In this document: positions 27,703-37,059 of the stretch, one piece after another
Layout of the letters: each line of letters starts with the position of its first letter
Position numbering within the stretch: the stretch's first letter is position 1
IMG/VR virus record: IMGVR_UViG_3300014204_000115
Coordinates: 115,637 to 179,636 of that record
Source of the DNA: a virus
Lineage: Duplodnaviria; Heunggongvirae; Uroviricota; Caudoviricetes
Direction: 5' to 3' (one strand)
DNA length: 64,000 bases
The notes under the pieces: model-generated
The model's input: the letters and a program-made list of their open reading frames with translations, nothing else
What the model was told of the DNA's origin: nothing
Databases searched by the model: none
Program-made: the position numbers and the translations under genes

Positions 27703-30700
27703 ATGATACAATTTAAATCACTAAGACAATATACTCATGTTGTTAATGGTATCAGATTTCCAAATAAACCCGGTCAAAATTTTGTTGTTACTTATTTTTC
27801 AGAAAATTCTAGTTTACTTGAAGATTATTCATTTTTAAATTTAAAATTAATAGATCTAAAAATTAATATAGTTCCATTTACAACAATTCCTAGAACAAGA
27901 TTAACACCTACTCTATTAAAATCATTTAAAAAACTAGGTTTAAATTCTTATCAATTAACTAATCAAGTACCAAGTGGAAGAAATGTAATATATGATTTAT
28001 CTCAATTTTTAAATGCAATTGATTATACATATAATCCATCAAATTATAGACAAAGATTAAATATGTTTATAAAAAATATTACTAATAGATCTTTTTCCGA
28101 ATTTAATAATTTTGAGAAAGTACTATTATATTCTATTAATTTAACAAAAGATAAGTTAAATAATTTTATTGACAGAAAATTTTTTCCAATAGTACAACAA
28201 TTAAAGGATGATTCATTTAGTTTTGATCATTTAATTTTATGTTTAATCACGCCATCAGGACCAAGATATAGATTATTAGTTAAAAATAGATCCTTTAAGT
28301 TTGAAAGAATAGTAACAATATTAAAAACAATTAAATTAGGTAATACTACAGAAGAAGTTAATGACATAGATACAGAAGAAGAAAATAATGCAGAAAAACT
28401 TGCAGATGAAGTAGTAAATAATATTCAAAATAATATTCTACCTAATAATAAAGATAAAGTAAAAGATGCAATTAAAAATTATCTTTCTAAAGATAATATT
28501 ACAAAAGAAAAAGTTATATCTAAAGAAGTATCTCCAAAAAGTATGAAAAAAATTGGAGTAGCATCTATTTTATATAAAGTAACTGGAGATTTAGATAAAT
28601 CTAAAAAAATTACAAATAATATTTCTGATAAGAATTTTAATAATGCTCTAAAAACTATAGATAAAAGATATTCTGATCAAATGTTACAAACTCAAAAACC
28701 AATTAATACATCAACTGATAATTTTGTTAAATCTTATGATACACCAAAAGCTGTAATTAAATCTCCATATCATTTATTTCAAAAAAGGTTGATAGACTTT
28801 GATATAAATCTCCAGAAAGATTTAGCTAATTCATTTAAAGTTCTTGAGACTAAAGAACTTCCTTTAAAAGTTGGTGAAATACAAATTGTAAATAGAAAAC
28901 AAAAAAATGGAGAAATTGAAAAATCTGATACTAATATAATTAAAACAGTATTGACAGATAAGGATGGTAATAATCATAACATTCAAATTGAAATTCCTAG
29001 AATTGATCCAAAGACTGGAACATTTAGAGTTAATGGTCAGAAAAAATGTTTAATCAATCAGATTGTATTATGTCCAATAACTTTTCCTAAAAAATTTGAA
29101 TCAAGATTTGAAAGTTCATATTCTATTTTTAGAATTAGAAGTAAAAGAACAAGAAATACAAAATATTTAGAAATTTTTATTGCTAACTCTTGGTTACCAT
29201 TATCTATATTATTATTTTATAGTTTTGGATTTGAAGAAACTCTTTCACAATATGGTATAAAATATAGAATAAGTTCAGATAAACCAAATAAAACTGACAC
29301 CTTTTATTCTAAAATTGATGGATCTAATTTTATTTATTTTGATGGTGTAAATAATGAATTAAAGGCAGAACTAATTAATTCATTTATAAATACAAAAGTT
29401 GACACATTAAAAATTAAAAAACCATTTGCTACTCAAGAATATTTCAATGATATAATTATTAGATTAACAGGAAGAGTAAATTCAACATTTTTAATTCTAT
29501 CAAATTTAGAAAATATTGTTGATCCTGTAGCAAAACAAGTTTTAATTAATATGCATCAACCATCTGTTTTAAAAGATATTATTTATTATATGTCTTTTAA
29601 AGTAATAACTGGATTTGTTCAAGATAGAAATGATATTTTAAACCAAAGAATTAGAGAATCAGAAGTATTAGTTCATTTAATACAAAAACAAATTTTAGCA
29701 GCTTATACGATTTATAAACAACAAATTTTAGCTGGTAATAAAAATGCAAAATTTGAAATTAATCAATCAAAATTATTAAGCGAATTTATTAGATCAGAAA
29801 TTGTTGCAAATATGGAGTATGCAAACCCAATAGAAGAAATGGCAGTTATGACAAGAATTTCACCTGTTGGAAAAAGTATCGGTGGTATTCCTGATAAAAG
29901 AGCAATTCAAAATGAAGCAAGAAATATACACCCATCTTATTTTGGAAATATTGATCCATTAGATACACCTGAAGGAGAAATGATTGGTATTTCACAACAA
30001 TTAGCTATCGGAGCTTCTATTAGTTCAGCAAGAGGTTTATTCTCAAAGAAACCATTTTTGGATAGTGAGAAATCTGGAATTTTATCAACATCATCCAATA
30101 TGATTCCATTTATAGAAAATAATGATGGTGCAAGAATTATTATGGCAACAAATCAAGCTAAACAGACGCTCCCATTAAAAAATCCAGAACCACCAGTTGT
30201 TAGATCTGGTTATGAATCATTATTAACAAATATATTATCTAATAACTTTATTAAAAAATCTCCATGCAATGGGAAAGTTTTAAAAATTACAGATGAGTCA
30301 ATTTTTATAATGTGTAGAGATAAAAGCATCAGAGAAATTTCTATAATTCCTGTTCATTTAAAATCAGGAATTGGAAAAGATACATTGAGTATTTTTAAAG
30401 TAATAGTAATACCAGGACAAATAGTTTTAGAAAATCAAATTATTGCAGAAGGAAGTTCTATTTCCAATGGAACAATTTCTCTAGGAAGAACTCTTTGTAC
30501 TGCAGTTATGCCATATAGAGGATATAATTTTGAAGATGGTATTGTAATCAACGAAAATTTAATAAATCAAGATAAACTAACATCTATTCATGGAATTATA
30601 GATGAAGTTTTAATTTCTGAAAATGATAGAGTTTTAGAAATTGCAAAAATTGGAACCTATCTTGAAAAAGGAAAACCTATTTTAAGAAAAACTATAGGTG

Positions 30701-31815
30701 AAATTGAACAACTTTTAGGATTTTCTGAAGAAGAAGGCGAAGAAGTAATGGGTCAACAATTTATTAAAAAAAGTCCAGGTGGAAGAATTGTTGACATTGA
30801 TGTATTTTCAAATTTAGATAATAATAAATTTCCAATTTTAAAAGATTTAATTGAAAGAACAAGAAGAAGATTTGGAACAACTCCGACTGAAAAGTTTTCT
30901 GTCAAAGGAAATTTAATTCAAGGTATTTTAATTAGATTTAAAATTGAACAAGAGTTAAGAATTAATCTGGGTGATAAATTAGCTAATAGATATGGAGCAA
31001 AAGGAATTATATCTTTAGTTGAACCAAACGAAATGATGCCCAGAACACCTTGGGGAGATTATGTTGATATCGTAGTAAATCCTGTTGGAATAATTGGAAG
31101 AAGTAATATTGGTCAGTTATATGAATTATATTGTGGTTTAATTTCTAGAGAGATTGGACAAAGGATAAGAAATTCTAAAAGTAAAAATCAAATTTTAACA
31201 TTAATGAAGAGCGTATATACCATTCTTGATGCATCAAAAAATAAAGAATTTTCAACAAGATTAATAGCAAATATAGCTGCTTTATCAGAAAGAGAATTTT
31301 TAATTTTAGTTAATCAAATAAAAACTACTGGATTTTCTCCAATTATAATTCCGCCATTTCAAGCTCCAAAACAAGATCAGATTAAAATGGCGTTAACTAT
31401 ACTAGGATTAAAACCGGGATATAATTTATTTCTTCCATATTATGGAACAAAAACTAAAAGTGAAGTTCCGGTTGGTTATATGTATTTTTCTGCATTGGAG
31501 CATAAAGCAGATGCTAAAGTATATGGAAGAAGTACAGGACCAGTAACAGGAAAAACTCTTCAACCTACATCAGGAAAAAGTAGAGAAGGTGGACAGAGAT
31601 TAGGAGAAGCTGATACATACTCATTAATTTCATATAATTGTCCAACTTTATTATCAGAATTGATGGGTCCATTAAGCGATGATTTATCTACAAAAAATGA
31701 AATCATTTCTGAAATTATACAAACAGGATCTGCAAAGTATAGAGATTCTAAAATATCTCCTGCTAAAGATCTGTTAAATTCTTATTTTGTCTCATTAATT
31801 TTGGAGAGAACATAA
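27703..31815 (+). CDS. rpoB: DNA-directed RNA polymerase beta-like subunit (1370 aa)
   Basis: YFGNIDPLDTPEGEMIGISQQLAIGAS, NRYGAKGIISLVEPNEMMPRT..VDIVVNPVGIIGRSNIGQLYE and GGQRLGEADTYSLISY correspond to conserved beta regions (..PIETPEG.NIGL.., .RHGNKGV.S.I.P.EDMP, GGQRFGEMEVWAL). Confidence 0.85.
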   Translation: MIQFKSLRQYTHVVNGIRFPNKPGQNFVVTYFSENSSLLEDYSFLNLKLIDLKINIVPFTTIPRTRLTPTLLKSFKKLGLNSYQLTNQVPSGRNVIYDLSQFLNAIDYTYNPSNYRQRLNMFIKNITNRSFSEFNNFEKVLLYSINLTKDKLNNFIDRKFFPIVQQLKDDSFSFDHLILCLITPSGPRYRLLVKNRSFKFERIVTILKTIKLGNTTEEVNDIDTEEENNAEKLADEVVNNIQNNILPNNKDKVKDAIKNYLSKDNITKEKVISKEVSPKSMKKIGVASILYKVTGDLDKSKKITNNISDKNFNNALKTIDKRYSDQMLQTQKPINTSTDNFVKSYDTPKAVIKSPYHLFQKRLIDFDINLQKDLANSFKVLETKELPLKVGEIQIVNRKQKNGEIEKSDTNIIKTVLTDKDGNNHNIQIEIPRIDPKTGTFRVNGQKKCLINQIVLCPITFPKKFESRFESSYSIFRIRSKRTRNTKYLEIFIANSWLPLSILLFYSFGFEETLSQYGIKYRISSDKPNKTDTFYSKIDGSNFIYFDGVNNELKAELINSFINTKVDTLKIKKPFATQEYFNDIIIRLTGRVNSTFLILSNLENIVDPVAKQVLINMHQPSVLKDIIYYMSFKVITGFVQDRNDILNQRIRESEVLVHLIQKQILAAYTIYKQQILAGNKNAKFEINQSKLLSEFIRSEIVANMEYANPIEEMAVMTRISPVGKSIGGIPDKRAIQNEARNIHPSYFGNIDPLDTPEGEMIGISQQLAIGASISSARGLFSKKPFLDSEKSGILSTSSNMIPFIENNDGARIIMATNQAKQTLPLKNPEPPVVRSGYESLLTNILSNNFIKKSPCNGKVLKITDESIFIMCRDKSIREISIIPVHLKSGIGKDTLSIFKVIVIPGQIVLENQIIAEGSSISNGTISLGRTLCTAVMPYRGYNFEDGIVINENLINQDKLTSIHGIIDEVLISENDRVLEIAKIGTYLEKGKPILRKTIGEIEQLLGFSEEEGEEVMGQQFIKKSPGGRIVDIDVFSNLDNNKFPILKDLIERTRRRFGTTPTEKFSVKGNLIQGILIRFKIEQELRINLGDKLANRYGAKGIISLVEPNEMMPRTPWGDYVDIVVNPVGIIGRSNIGQLYELYCGLISREIGQRIRNSKSKNQILTLMKSVYTILDASKNKEFSTRLIANIAALSEREFLILVNQIKTTGFSPIIIPPFQAPKQDQIKMALTILGLKPGYNLFLPYYGTKTKSEVPVGYMYFSALEHKADAKVYGRSTGPVTGKTLQPTSGKSREGGQRLGEADTYSLISYNCPTLLSELMGPLSDDLSTKNEIISEIIQTGSAKYRDSKISPAKDLLNSYFVSLILERT

Positions 31816-31816
31816 A

Positions 31817-32332
31817 ATGATATTAGATACTTATTTAGAAGAATTAAATAAACAAGATTTAAACAATGTAAAAATTCACCCAAAAAGAAAAACTGCTATG
31901 TCAGTTGCAGCATTAGCTAATCCTGCAGATGATGTATTATTTGGTGCAATGGGTGCAGGATCTGCATTAAAAGCAGCAAAAGATGCATCTAAATTAAAAA
32001 AATTTGGAGCTGCTGCTGGAGGTATTGCTATTGGTGTTGCTATGAGTGCAGCTTTAATAGCTGGTTATAGATTAATTAGATCAAAATTTGATAGGTGTAC
32101 AAAAGAGTGTGGAACATATACTGTTAATAAACCAAAAAGACAGTTATGCATGCTACAATGTAAAAAAGTTAATTTACAAAATGAAATAATTCTTTTACGT
32201 AAGGAAAAGAAACCTCAAAAAATTCCAAAGATTCAAAATAAATTAGCAATTGTTAATAGAAAGATTGTTTTAATGAATCAGTATTTAAAAAAGGGAACTA
32301 AAGATGAAAATACTAAAAGAATATCTAGATAG
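31817..32332 (+). CDS. hypothetical protein with Gly/Ala-rich (glycine-zipper-like) membrane segment
   Basis: GAMGAGSALKAAKDASKLKKFGAAAGGIAIGVAMSAALIAGY hydrophobic stretch. Confidence 0.5.
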   Translation: MILDTYLEELNKQDLNNVKIHPKRKTAMSVAALANPADDVLFGAMGAGSALKAAKDASKLKKFGAAAGGIAIGVAMSAALIAGYRLIRSKFDRCTKECGTYTVNKPKRQLCMLQCKKVNLQNEIILLRKEKKPQKIPKIQNKLAIVNRKIVLMNQYLKKGTKDENTKRISR

Positions 32333-32879
32333 AATAGATAAACCCGATAAATATTATGTAAAGGATTTAATTCAACAGAAGAAATTTAAAACAGCTCAAA
32401 AATATTTACTAAAAAAAAATATTAATACTCCAGTATTACAATGGTTATATAACTTAGAAAAAATAGATAATGAAGAAGAATTAATTAATACTAAAAAAAA
32501 GATATTAAAAAATAATAAAACAGATAAAATTGAAGTTCAAGAAATTTTGGAAGCTGAAAAAATCCTATCTGTAAAATTTCATCCTGATTATCTATGGATT
32601 TTAAAAAGATTTAGATATTTAGATGATGATAAAGGGAATGTAATATCTGGATTATCAAAATATGATCAATCTGAAAATATATTATTTTTAAATAAAAAAA
32701 TTATAGATCATAAAGAATTACCATCTGGTCATATTGTAATATCATATGATAATAAATTTCATGGATTATTAGTTTTAAATAATTTTACAGGTGAAGTTTT
32801 TTTATATAGTCATGATTTAAAAAATAAAAAGAAAATTTTTAATAGTTTAAAAGATTTTATAAAAATAATGTTTCATTAA
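32304..32879 (+). CDS. hypothetical protein (191 aa)
   Basis: ORF overlapping the upstream end by 29 nt. Confidence 0.45.
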   Translation: MKILKEYLDRIDKPDKYYVKDLIQQKKFKTAQKYLLKKNINTPVLQWLYNLEKIDNEEELINTKKKILKNNKTDKIEVQEILEAEKILSVKFHPDYLWILKRFRYLDDDKGNVISGLSKYDQSENILFLNKKIIDHKELPSGHIVISYDNKFHGLLVLNNFTGEVFLYSHDLKNKKKIFNSLKDFIKIMFH

Positions 32880-32904
32880 TTTTTAGAATAAAAGGGAACT
32901 AAAA

Positions 32905-33492
32905 ATGAGTAGTTATGAAAAAATATTAATTGGTGAATCTATACCTTTAATGGAAGTCGATGATGAAGAATCTGATTTAAATTATGATCTGATTTCAAAT
33001 GCTGAGATTGATGCAGATTTTTACGATATATTAAAATACTTTGGAACAGATGAATTTAAACCACTATTTTTAAATCTATATAATGAGATTATATCATTAG
33101 ATTTTGAAAGACAAAGGGAGTTGTGTGAAAAATTAAACTCTAAAATTACACAAATTTTTGAATTTGAATTTTCTCCAACATTATCTTTTGACAATCAAGA
33201 TGATATTAGTAATTTTTTAAAATTTATTGAATTTTTAGAATATGATTATATAGATTTTTTATCAACATTAATTTCAGGTTTAGATTTTGAGTTACTAAAA
33301 AAAGATTTAGATAAATTTTTAACTTTATATTGGAATACAATAATTAAAAGAGTTAATGAGTTTAAAGAAAACGAGTTGATTTTAAAATTTCTTAGAACAA
33401 ATAATAAAGAGAAATTATATGAGTTTATACGATTAAGGTTGGAAAGAGATAAAATGTTAGTAATATTAAAATCATTAGAAAGGGAATTTTAA
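32905..33492 (+). CDS. hypothetical acidic protein (195 aa)
   Basis: RBS AAAGGGAACTAAAAATG. Confidence 0.5.
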   Translation: MSSYEKILIGESIPLMEVDDEESDLNYDLISNAEIDADFYDILKYFGTDEFKPLFLNLYNEIISLDFERQRELCEKLNSKITQIFEFEFSPTLSFDNQDDISNFLKFIEFLEYDYIDFLSTLISGLDFELLKKDLDKFLTLYWNTIIKRVNEFKENELILKFLRTNNKEKLYEFIRLRLERDKMLVILKSLEREF

Positions 33493-33493
33493 A

Positions 33494-33757
33494 ATGTCTG
33501 ATAGTATAATTATTAAAAAAGGATTAATGAAAATTTTAGAAACTGACAGAATTAATTTAATAACTGCAGAACAGAGTCATGACGGAATTGTTTTTACATT
33601 AAAAGGTGGAATTCAAATTTATTGTACTGATAATTATATGCCAAATCATACAAAAGATATAATTAAAAATACTTGTGATAGTTTCCCAACAGCAAATCTT
33701 GTTTTTGATTTAGCAAATTATAATAAACCTGTGGTGGTACAACCAACAAAAAAATAA
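33494..33757 (+). CDS. hypothetical protein (87 aa)
   Basis: ORF abutting the upstream stop. Confidence 0.45.
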   Translation: MSDSIIIKKGLMKILETDRINLITAEQSHDGIVFTLKGGIQIYCTDNYMPNHTKDIIKNTCDSFPTANLVFDLANYNKPVVVQPTKK

Positions 33758-33931
33758 TTTTTAAATTCATTTAAAAACTACTTAGCTACATATATATATT
33801 TATGAATACTTAAGGAATACTTATGTTAACTTATATTTTTAGGGAAAAGAATATTATTCTTTTCCTCCGTTGTAATTTAATTTTTTATGAGAAAGGAGGA
33901 TAATTTATTATATTATCAGTAGTGAGTTATT

Positions 33932-34093
33932 ATGGTTAAGTTTGAACATTCAGACAACGTTAAAAGGATCAGGAGAAAAATTGAAGAAAAACTACGACAA
34001 GATTTCTCAGAAGAAAAAGTTATTGGACTTGCAAACTTGTTAGATATTGATACAAGACCGCAAGACAAAAACCAAAAAAAAGAAACAGAATAA
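33932..34093 (+). CDS. small basic protein (53 aa) inside the 530-nt intergenic region, tentative
   Basis: Strong RBS AAAGGAGGATAATTT 8-10 nt upstream. Not in the ORF track (<60 aa). Confidence 0.3.
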   Translation: MVKFEHSDNVKRIRRKIEEKLRQDFSEEKVIGLANLLDIDTRPQDKNQKKETE

Positions 34094-34289
34094 TCTTATT
34101 TTTATGCACTTTTATTTATTATATTATTAAAATTAGTATCGCTTCTGTATCGCTAATTTCTTGTTCTGCTTTTATTATTCTTTTTTAATGAGAGAATAAT
34201 AAATCCAGATCCTGGATTAGCGATGCAGATAATATAAAACTGTAGTGGTTTTTGTTGTTTTTATAAAAGAACTCAATTAAGGAGATAGT

Positions 34290-34892
34290 ATGAAACAAAT
34301 ATCAACAGAAAAATTTGTAGAAAAATTAGGAATAGATGTATATCCAATTACAATTATTAAATTTTTATTAAACAAGCGGAGGATCTTATCATACTTTAAT
34401 AAAGCATCAAGTAAAAATTTTGAATTAAGAGGAACTAAATATTTAGTAGATAATTCTAATTGTGAAATGTGTAAAGCTAAAGTAAATGATAATATTCTTT
34501 GCAGACAACATACTTCAATTTTTCGAGTTTTAAATGGAGAAAATGTTGGATATGACATTGACACAGGAGCATTTTTCTATAAAAATGAAATCTTTAAAAA
34601 AATAGATAATAAACTAGTTATAATTTATTGTCCTCATCCAAAATTAATAAAAGTAATTGGAGAGGAATTAACAGATGTAAATGTAAGAAAAGTAAACCCC
34701 ATTACTATTGAAGATCCAAATTTAAAAATGAAACAGTATAATAATGTTGTAAATTTTAATTCAAATGATTTATTAGATTCAAATATGAAATGTTGGTTTA
34801 ATGATTTATTTTCTATTGTAACTATACCAGAAGATAGAAATTTTTCAAATTGGTGTTTAATTCCCAATGGAGTAAAAAATCATGATTTATAA
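34290..34892 (+). CDS. hypothetical protein (200 aa)
   Basis: RBS TTAAGGAGATAGTATG. Confidence 0.5.
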   Translation: MKQISTEKFVEKLGIDVYPITIIKFLLNKRRILSYFNKASSKNFELRGTKYLVDNSNCEMCKAKVNDNILCRQHTSIFRVLNGENVGYDIDTGAFFYKNEIFKKIDNKLVIIYCPHPKLIKVIGEELTDVNVRKVNPITIEDPNLKMKQYNNVVNFNSNDLLDSNMKCWFNDLFSIVTIPEDRNFSNWCLIPNGVKNHDL

Positions 34893-34932
34893 AATAACAA
34901 AATTCTTAAAAATTACTTAAAAGGAGATAAAA

Positions 34933-35868
34933 ATGAGTGGTATTGATTTTTCAGAGTATTCAGAACTTGTAGGAGAGGGCGGATTTGATGTAAAGGCGCC
35001 AGTTAATCCGGAAGATGAATTTTTTCATGCTATTTATATTTCAGGTCAGCAAAGACAAAACACTAAGGGTGAAAGCGAAATTCCAGGAAAGTTGCAGATT
35101 CGAGGACTAAGATCTAATTTAGATGTAATTAAGGTAATTATTACACATGTAAAACAGGTTTTAGTAAAAACAGTAAGAAATAATAATAGAGATACTCTTG
35201 AGTGCTTCTCATATCAATCAGGAAATCCTCCTTGGAAGAGCACATCAGGAAATATATGTGGAAAAAATTCAGTTGAAAGAGCATCAAATCCGTATTGTAA
35301 TCTTTGTAGATCTCAGATTATTATTACGGGATTGTATATTGATGAAACAACTAATAAACCATTTATGGTTAATGAAAAACCAGTTTATGTTTTTATTAGA
35401 GCAAAAGGTATTAAATATGGAAATGTTGCAAATTATCTTTCAGATTTAGCAAAGAAAGAAGATCTAGAACCTATTGTAACACCTGTTACTGAAGAAAGTA
35501 AAAAGTTTGAAAAAGCTCAGGTTAACCATAAGAGATTCATCACATGTATTACAGTAGGTAAAGAATCTAGCGCTTATGGTATGAAAGATGTATTTAAACT
35601 AGAAACAGGTCCAAAATTATCAGTTGATGCAGTTAAAAATATTTTAAATAAATCCAAAGAAACAATGGAAAAGTTTAAAGAGAAATTTGATTGGTCTCGC
35701 GGAAAAGTTGCTGGATCAGCTGATTATTCTGGAGCTCAGAAACCAGTAGAAGATAATCAAAAATTTGATTTTAGTGCTGCCCAAGAACCAGTTGCACAAG
35801 AACAAAAACAAGAAACAAAACAGACACCTCCAAAAAGTGATTTTTCCTTTGATGACGTGAATTTCTAA
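34933..35868 (+). CDS. possible ssDNA-binding protein (gp32-like architecture), low confidence
   Basis: Internal Cys cluster C..x17..C..x12..CxxC is reminiscent of the gp32 zinc site. Q/E-rich C-terminal tail ending DFSFDDVNF resembles acidic SSB tails. Codon usage is GC-richer than neighbours, suggesting high expression. Confidence 0.3.
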   Translation: MSGIDFSEYSELVGEGGFDVKAPVNPEDEFFHAIYISGQQRQNTKGESEIPGKLQIRGLRSNLDVIKVIITHVKQVLVKTVRNNNRDTLECFSYQSGNPPWKSTSGNICGKNSVERASNPYCNLCRSQIIITGLYIDETTNKPFMVNEKPVYVFIRAKGIKYGNVANYLSDLAKKEDLEPIVTPVTEESKKFEKAQVNHKRFITCITVGKESSAYGMKDVFKLETGPKLSVDAVKNILNKSKETMEKFKEKFDWSRGKVAGSADYSGAQKPVEDNQKFDFSAAQEPVAQEQKQETKQTPPKSDFSFDDVNF

Positions 35869-35869
35869 A

Positions 35870-36124
35870 ATGAAAATAAAAGAAAATCTAAAGAATTTTG
35901 GATATTGGTTATATCCATATTTTGTATCAATGAAATATATAATTATAATTTGCATATGTATGATATGTTTATTAACAGGTGTGGATTTTATAAATCAACC
36001 GTCAACATTAAGTGTTGTTTTTGGTTATTGTTTAATTGCTATATCATTTATATCAGCATTTAAATTAATAATACATTCTGAAAAAGAAAAGGTGGAAAAG
36101 AAAGATGAGACTAAAGGGAATTAA
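35870..36124 (+). CDS. small membrane protein (2 predicted TM helices)
   Basis: Hydrophobic stretches YIIIICICMICLLTGV and VVFGYCLIAISFISAF. Confidence 0.45.
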   Translation: MKIKENLKNFGYWLYPYFVSMKYIIIICICMICLLTGVDFINQPSTLSVVFGYCLIAISFISAFKLIIHSEKEKVEKKDETKGN

Positions 36125-36971
36125 TTACTTTGTAGCTGCAATTTTGATGATTTCTATTTTTATGGTCGCAGGATGTACTATTATTCCTCCAGGTGAAGTA
36201 GGAATTAAAATTAATCAGTTAGGCGATAATAGGGGTGTTCAGAATCTAACTATGAGTACAGGAATGGTTGGATATGTTCCATTTATTACTGCAGTTATGA
36301 AATACCCAACTTATGTTCAGACTGCAAAATGGACACATTCAGATGAAGGAAAAAAAGGAAAAAATGATGAAATTGTATTTAATACAAAAGAAGGATTAGT
36401 TGTAAAAGGGGATGTTTCTCTTTCATATCAGTTAGAAGAGTCAAAAGTTCCTGCATTTTATGTAAAATTTAGAACAGATGATCTTGATACTTTTACTCAT
36501 GGTTTTTTATTCAATATTGCTAGAGATGCATTTAATGAAATTGGAGCAAATTATTCTGTTGAAGAAATTTATGGTGCAGGAAAAGAAAAATTCCTAACAC
36601 AGGTTAAAGAAAAAGTAAATTCTCAGATTAGACCTTATGGAGTTATAATTCAACAGTTTGGTTTTCTTAATGAGTTAAAGCTTCCTGAGTCTGTAAAAGG
36701 AGCAATTAATGCAAAGATTCAAGCAATTCAGGACGCTATCAAAGTAGAGAATCAGATTAGAGAAGCAAAGGCAGAGGCACAGAAGAAAATTGCAAAAGCA
36801 GAAGGTGATTCAAAGTCTAACCTTCTACTAGCTAGTTCAATCACTCCACAGCTAGTTCAGTGGGAGAACTTACAAATTCAAAAGCAAAATATTGCAAAAT
36901 GGAATGGAGTCCTTCCGCATATGATGCCGGGAAATGGTTCTTCATTTCTATTTAATGTACCAACTAAATAA
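36105..36971 (+). CDS. SPFH/band-7 (prohibitin/HflKC-like) domain lipoprotein
   Basis: Signal peptide with lipobox VAGC. SPFH core and an A/E/K-rich coiled-coil tail (REAKAEAQKKIAKAEGD). GC-richer codon usage than the flanks. Confidence 0.65.
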   Translation: MRLKGINYFVAAILMISIFMVAGCTIIPPGEVGIKINQLGDNRGVQNLTMSTGMVGYVPFITAVMKYPTYVQTAKWTHSDEGKKGKNDEIVFNTKEGLVVKGDVSLSYQLEESKVPAFYVKFRTDDLDTFTHGFLFNIARDAFNEIGANYSVEEIYGAGKEKFLTQVKEKVNSQIRPYGVIIQQFGFLNELKLPESVKGAINAKIQAIQDAIKVENQIREAKAEAQKKIAKAEGDSKSNLLLASSITPQLVQWENLQIQKQNIAKWNGVLPHMMPGNGSSFLFNVPTK

Positions 36972-36992
36972 ATAGAAATTTAAAGTAATGAA

Positions 36993-37023
36993 GGGATTGT
37001 ATATATTAATATATACAATCCCC
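36993..37023 (+). promoter_or_regulatory. perfect 31-bp palindrome (15-bp arms) between SPFH and MoxR-like genes; terminator or operator
   Basis: gggattgtatatatt-a-aatatatacaatccc. Confidence 0.4.
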
Positions 37024-37059
37024 AATAATGGTTATTATTAAAAGGAAAAGGTGAATTAA

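Noticed and set aside
35198-35449. + strand 83-aa ORF nested in another frame of the 34933-35868 gene
   Set aside because: Fully embedded in a longer ORF with better coding characteristics and has no RBS; likely a frame artefact.
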